Origin: a virus
Lineage: Duplodnaviria; Caudoviricetes
Reading direction: 5' to 3' (one strand)
DNA length: 37,343 bases
Virus record (IMG/VR): IMGVR_UViG_3300009506_000104
Location: 1 to 37,343 of that record
Part shown: positions 33,922-37,343 of the stretch, piece after piece
How positions within the stretch are numbered: position 1 is the stretch's first letter
Layout: each line of letters begins with the position of its first letter
Program-made: the position numbers and the translations under genes
The notes under the pieces: generated by a model
What the model was told of the DNA's origin: nothing
Databases searched by the model: none
What the model saw: only the letters and a program-made list of their open reading frames with translations

Positions 33922-34267
33922 TAACTCTATCCTCCTGTTCAAAATATAGTAGGAAGAGTAGGTTACACATAGCATGTGCTAAGTGGGATGCACCTGTTTC
34001 TTCATCTAACATAATTCCTTTATTATATTTTCTTAAGTGACGTTGTATAGCATCCATACACCTAACCCTATCCTCATAAGAGTTTAACTCTTTCCAAGAA
34101 TAAGGTTCATATTTAGTAGCACCAAACTCTAGTACATCTATAACTTCCCATAGAGGTTCTTGAGGTACAAGGGAGAATCTAGGTTTACCATTGTCCTTCT
34201 TTAGATCCTGATTAGGAATAAACTTAGCTTGTTCTAGCATCTCCTGTACTTTATCCTTCAACTCCAT
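33908..34267 (-). CDS. DUF5664 / dATP-dGTP diphosphohydrolase-like protein
   Basis: KKDNGKPRFSLVP...VLEFGATKY...W...DAIQRH...DEETGASHLAHAMCNLLFL; ATG at 34267 after GGAGG. Confidence 0.88.
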   Translation of the reverse strand: MELKDKVQEMLEQAKFIPNQDLKKDNGKPRFSLVPQEPLWEVIDVLEFGATKYEPYSWKELNSYEDRVRCMDAIQRHLRKYNKGIMLDEETGASHLAHAMCNLLFLLYFEQEDRVSANL

Positions 34268-34781
34268 ATATACTTTTCCTCCATACTTTAGCTCGTTCAA
34301 CATATCCACAAGATTTACTTTCATTACAATACCCATGATAAAAACATTTAGGTTGTAGCATGAGGTATAGATCAGGGTCCACCTTCTTAACTGCTCTACT
34401 GATCTTCCTCATCCATTTAACTGTATTCATATGTGCTTTAGAACATAATCTTAACTTGGCTATTTGTATTAAATGTTCAGCATTACATATTAAAGAAGCA
34501 TTAATAGGAGTATCCCTATCTGCTTTCTTACCACCATTCCAATCAGGTCTATTACTTTGTAATAACCACACTTGTCCTGCACCTGAATGAGTTCTAAAAT
34601 GACCCATAGTTCCTGTAGGTATACCAGTAAATTCTATGTAGAACAATTGACTCCTCTGAATAGAGTGGCCTTGTTTATAAAGTGTTTTATAATTCATAAC
34701 ACTCTTATCTATATGTGGTACTGTATGCTCTAACATTCTCCATGTTAATCTTATGTCTGTTAGTTTATCTACCTTTACCAT
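34251..34781 (-). CDS. thyX: Divergent flavin-dependent thymidylate synthase (ThyX-like)
   Basis: GHS, H.RTH...QSNR, NAEHL...RLC..A and C-terminal PKC...C.E..SCG; ATG at 34781 after AGGAGG. Confidence 0.7.
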   Translation of the reverse strand: MVKVDKLTDIRLTWRMLEHTVPHIDKSVMNYKTLYKQGHSIQRSQLFYIEFTGIPTGTMGHFRTHSGAGQVWLLQSNRPDWNGGKKADRDTPINASLICNAEHLIQIAKLRLCSKAHMNTVKWMRKISRAVKKVDPDLYLMLQPKCFYHGYCNESKSCGYVERAKVWRKSIYGVEG

Positions 34782-34789
34782 AATCCTCC

Positions 34790-34999
34790 TTAGTAAAAGT
34801 TTAACCAATGGAGGAAATCATCTTTGTTAGTAGAGCTTTTAACTAACAATCTATCTGCTTCATCCATTAGTTCTGAGAAGGATGCTAGGTGACTCTCCCT
34901 AGCCCCCCATATTAATACTGATCTGTAAGGATTATTTGTTATACTATTTACATTAAACATAGTATAGCCTGTATGTAGTTGTTCACCCATTAAGCACAT
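34790..34999 (-). CDS. Hypothetical protein
   Basis: Fills the gap in a contiguous minus-strand operon; start may be 34990. Confidence 0.6.
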   Translation of the reverse strand: MCLMGEQLHTGYTMFNVNSITNNPYRSVLIWGARESHLASFSELMDEADRLLVKSSTNKDDFLHWLNFY

Positions 35000-35219
35000 G
35001 TCTCAAAAGAATGTCCGTAGAACTTACTACTTCTTGTGCTGCTTCTGAGACTGATATTTCAGGTCTATTTTCAATCACTACTCTAAGCATGTCTTGTAGG
35101 AAATAAAGGTAATCACGTTCATTACTGAATATTGGCTGGTTTTGATTATATCGTTGAATGTATTCTCCTGTAGTAACCATCGTTGGAGTCTCACCACCTG
35201 TAGTATCTGTCATATACAT
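34983..35219 (-). CDS. Hypothetical protein
   Basis: SD AAGGAGG; 78 aa. Confidence 0.75.
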   Translation of the reverse strand: MYMTDTTGGETPTMVTTGEYIQRYNQNQPIFSNERDYLYFLQDMLRVVIENRPEISVSEAAQEVVSSTDILLRHVLNG

Positions 35220-35234
35220 ATAACAATCCTCCTT

Positions 35235-35912
35235 TTAATATTTAATTGGAATAGGTTGTCCTTCAACTATCATGAAGCAACCACGAGTAGGACGATAAGC
35301 TGAACCCTTATTATACTGGAAAGGATACCCTTTATCTGAAATTAATGAACCAACATCAATAGCAAAGTACTCCCCAGATGGTACAGTGAAGTACTGTACT
35401 CCAAAGAGATTATGCTTATGTCCAAATGCTACGTGAGAACCGTAAGCTTTAGCAATATTAAGAGTTGAGCCAGCTTTAGTGTGAGCAAAGAATATTTGTT
35501 TCCTTGTAGCATTAATAGTAATAGTAAGATCTTCATGCCACCTCCATCCCTCTGGCGCTCCTATCACTTCTTTATAGGGGAGAATGTATTCTCGTGGAAT
35601 ACCTGCATGAGTAGCCCTCATATACAATCTCTCACAATGATTACTTTTCATTATGTCTACCCTAGGGAATATCTTACCTAACTTCTTTATAACCTTCTTT
35701 GCTTTATTAAACTCTTTAATTACAGTATTAGCAGAAGGGTCTTTAGGGAATCTAGAGAGTGGGTGCTGGTCTAGTGTATCACCAACATCAATTACTCTAT
35801 CTGGTTTATATTCCCTATTAATATCTGCTAGGAAATCTAAAGCACCTTTATCCTGATAAGGAGCATGTAGATCACCGTATATAAGTACTCTATCATTATT
35901 GTATCTTTTCAA
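35235..35912 (-). CDS. Calcineurin-like metallophosphoesterase
   Basis: GDLH, VGD..D, SNH, AH, GHKH motifs; TTG at 35912 after GGGAGGT. Confidence 0.88.
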   Translation of the reverse strand: MKRYNNDRVLIYGDLHAPYQDKGALDFLADINREYKPDRVIDVGDTLDQHPLSRFPKDPSANTVIKEFNKAKKVIKKLGKIFPRVDIMKSNHCERLYMRATHAGIPREYILPYKEVIGAPEGWRWHEDLTITINATRKQIFFAHTKAGSTLNIAKAYGSHVAFGHKHNLFGVQYFTVPSGEYFAIDVGSLISDKGYPFQYNKGSAYRPTRGCFMIVEGQPIPIKY

Positions 35913-36177
35913 TATTACCTCCCGGATATGCATCTATACCATCAATATCATACCCTCCATTACAGTTAACACATATCTTAAAGACCATTAAGAAAGCATC
36001 CTCTTCACTTATACTACCTTCAAACGCTTCTTCACTATCTATAAGACCTTTAAGGAATTTCTTGAAACGGATAGGACTTACCATCCATTTACCTTCTTTA
36101 CCACATTTCTTACAGTAACATGTATAAGACACATCACTAAAAGTTATTCTTTCTGTATCCTCTATAGATACACACAT
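35896..36177 (-). CDS. Small Cys-rich, probable zinc-binding protein
   Basis: CYCKKC ... CVNC; ATG at 36177 after GGGAG. Confidence 0.7.
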   Translation of the reverse strand: MCVSIEDTERITFSDVSYTCYCKKCGKEGKWMVSPIRFKKFLKGLIDSEEAFEGSISEEDAFLMVFKICVNCNGGYDIDGIDAYPGGNIEKIQ

Positions 36178-36181
36178 TGCT

Positions 36182-36637
36182 TTACTCCCATTCAACAAAC
36201 TTAGGTGGACGGAACTTGATTGCCCCTATGCTTCTATTAAAATATACATACTCACCATCTTCAAAGGTCTCAGTAAGCACATTCATATCCCATAACATCT
36301 TTAACTCATGGTAATGTAATGAACCTTTAGACCTACATTGCTTAATTATTTCGTATGTATAATTATTATCTGGATTATCTTTCATCCATTTAGCAAGGGA
36401 AGGAGAGGAACCTTTATAGTCTCTCCAATTATGATCCTTCCAACATTTGCATTTCCATTGTTTAGATTGACGGTCAGTAACTTTACTCTTACAACCTTTG
36501 ATTCTATGTTTAGCTGACCAGTATTGCTTCTTACCTATATATTTTCTACCTGTAGTTTCATCTGTTATGATATAAATAAAACCAAAGTAGTGATATGGGT
36601 CAGCCTTAAGACCGACCCAATGACCTTGATTACTCAT
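36182..36637 (-). CDS. GIY-YIG-like endonuclease
   Basis: GFIYIIT....GRKYIGKK, W..Y.GSS, YEII..C, E, YFN pattern. Confidence 0.78.
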   Translation of the reverse strand: MSNQGHWVGLKADPYHYFGFIYIITDETTGRKYIGKKQYWSAKHRIKGCKSKVTDRQSKQWKCKCWKDHNWRDYKGSSPSLAKWMKDNPDNNYTYEIIKQCRSKGSLHYHELKMLWDMNVLTETFEDGEYVYFNRSIGAIKFRPPKFVEWE

Positions 36638-37341
36638 TTTTTCCAGTAGTCCTCCTCCACACCGAAGTAATCTTTCCAGTATGCTTTTTTATCACGGAGT
36701 AGATATAACAATAATATATTCTCTTTTAAAAATTTCTCTCCATAGTTTCGGTAATGAGTGTTGTATAGATCAAGACATGAGTGGAACATTTCCTCCTCTG
36801 TATTCATTTCTTCTAAACGTTTTACATACACACTCTTCTCACCGATACCATGAATTCCGGGAATATTATCTGAACTATCCCCTATCAATACTTGTTTATA
36901 AAAGTTTCTAAGGCCCTGCTCTTTACTTATATAAGAACATTCATGAGTAAGAAAGTTGTAATGCATTCCTTCAAGTTGAAGTAAGTCTTTGTCTATAGAG
37001 ACTATAATAGTTTTGCCCTCTCCATCTTGTAATAAAGATAACTCATCATCCGTTTCAATAAGTGGATGAGATAATTGTGAGTCATAGGAGTTGAGAAGAA
37101 AGTCTCTTACATTTTCAAAATGATATGGTTTTTCAAACCCTTCCCTATTCTTTTTATAACCTAGTATTGTTGCAATCTTATCTCTAAAATTTCCCTTTGA
37201 AGATAAATAAATTTTATAATCATGGAAAGGAAGATAATCAAATATGTTATCATCCAAAAAACTTTGTATTGTTTTATGTACTATAGGTAGAGGTTCTGGA
37301 TTAGACAGCTTTAGTATCTTATCCTTATCCTCTCCTGCCCT
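36634..37341 (-). CDS. 5'-3' exonuclease (FEN / RNase H-like), 5' end outside the window
   Basis: NFR, YKKNR, ETDD, SIDKDLLQ, GDSSDNIPGIHGIGEK motifs; frame stays open from 37257 to the window edge. Confidence 0.9.
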   Translation of the reverse strand, partial: RAGEDKDKILKLSNPEPLPIVHKTIQSFLDDNIFDYLPFHDYKIYLSSKGNFRDKIATILGYKKNREGFEKPYHFENVRDFLLNSYDSQLSHPLIETDDELSLLQDGEGKTIIVSIDKDLLQLEGMHYNFLTHECSYISKEQGLRNFYKQVLIGDSSDNIPGIHGIGEKSVYVKRLEEMNTEEEMFHSCLDLYNTHYRNYGEKFLKENILLLYLLRDKKAYWKDYFGVEEDYWKK

Positions 37342-37343
37342 TC

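Larger units (their letters stand above)
1..37343. mobile_element. Partial genome of a tailed dsDNA bacteriophage (podovirus-like), two convergent arms
   Basis: Terminase-portal-scaffold-capsid-adaptor-nozzle-fibre-ejection gene order; no tape measure, sheath or tail tube gene; dense coupled ORFs; phage-type nucleotide metabolism on the opposite strand; no host housekeeping genes. Confidence 0.96.

Noticed and set aside
29594-36911. Plus-strand ORFs within the - arm (e.g. 30247-30750, 31522-31956, 34360-34590)
   Set aside because: Antisense shadows of nrdJ, thyX and neighbours
1-37343. Stop-codon reassignment
   Set aside because: The standard code gives near-complete coding density and TAA, TAG and TGA all end genes

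Overview
The whole window is part of an AT-rich, short-tailed (podovirus-type) dsDNA phage genome with two convergent arms that meet at a hairpin terminator near 29504-29530. The + arm (127-29499) is the virion operon: small and large terminase, portal, scaffold, major capsid, head-tail adaptor, tail nozzle with an inserted LamG domain, two tail fibres, a GNAT-like protein, a long series of internal/ejection proteins, and a short DUF1353 + membrane-protein tail end. The - arm (29536-37343) carries a lipoprotein and nucleotide/DNA metabolism genes: class II ribonucleotide reductase, dUTPase, DEDD exonuclease, FmdB-type zinc ribbon, DUF5664, divergent ThyX, metallophosphoesterase, GIY-YIG-like nuclease and a 5'-3' exonuclease cut by the window edge. 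Most notable: (1) the giant ejection protein appears split into two genes (634 aa and about 1615 aa) by a 4.4 kb translationally coupled four-gene cassette, with an LxxCI motif on both sides of the break; (2) the dUTPase appears to start at a non-canonical ATT codon; (3) the large ejection protein carries zincin and pesticin-like muramidase domains; (4) ThyX has an altered signature motif. No tRNA, rRNA, CRISPR array, integrase or reverse transcriptase was seen. All family calls come from reading motifs by eye; no database searches were run.
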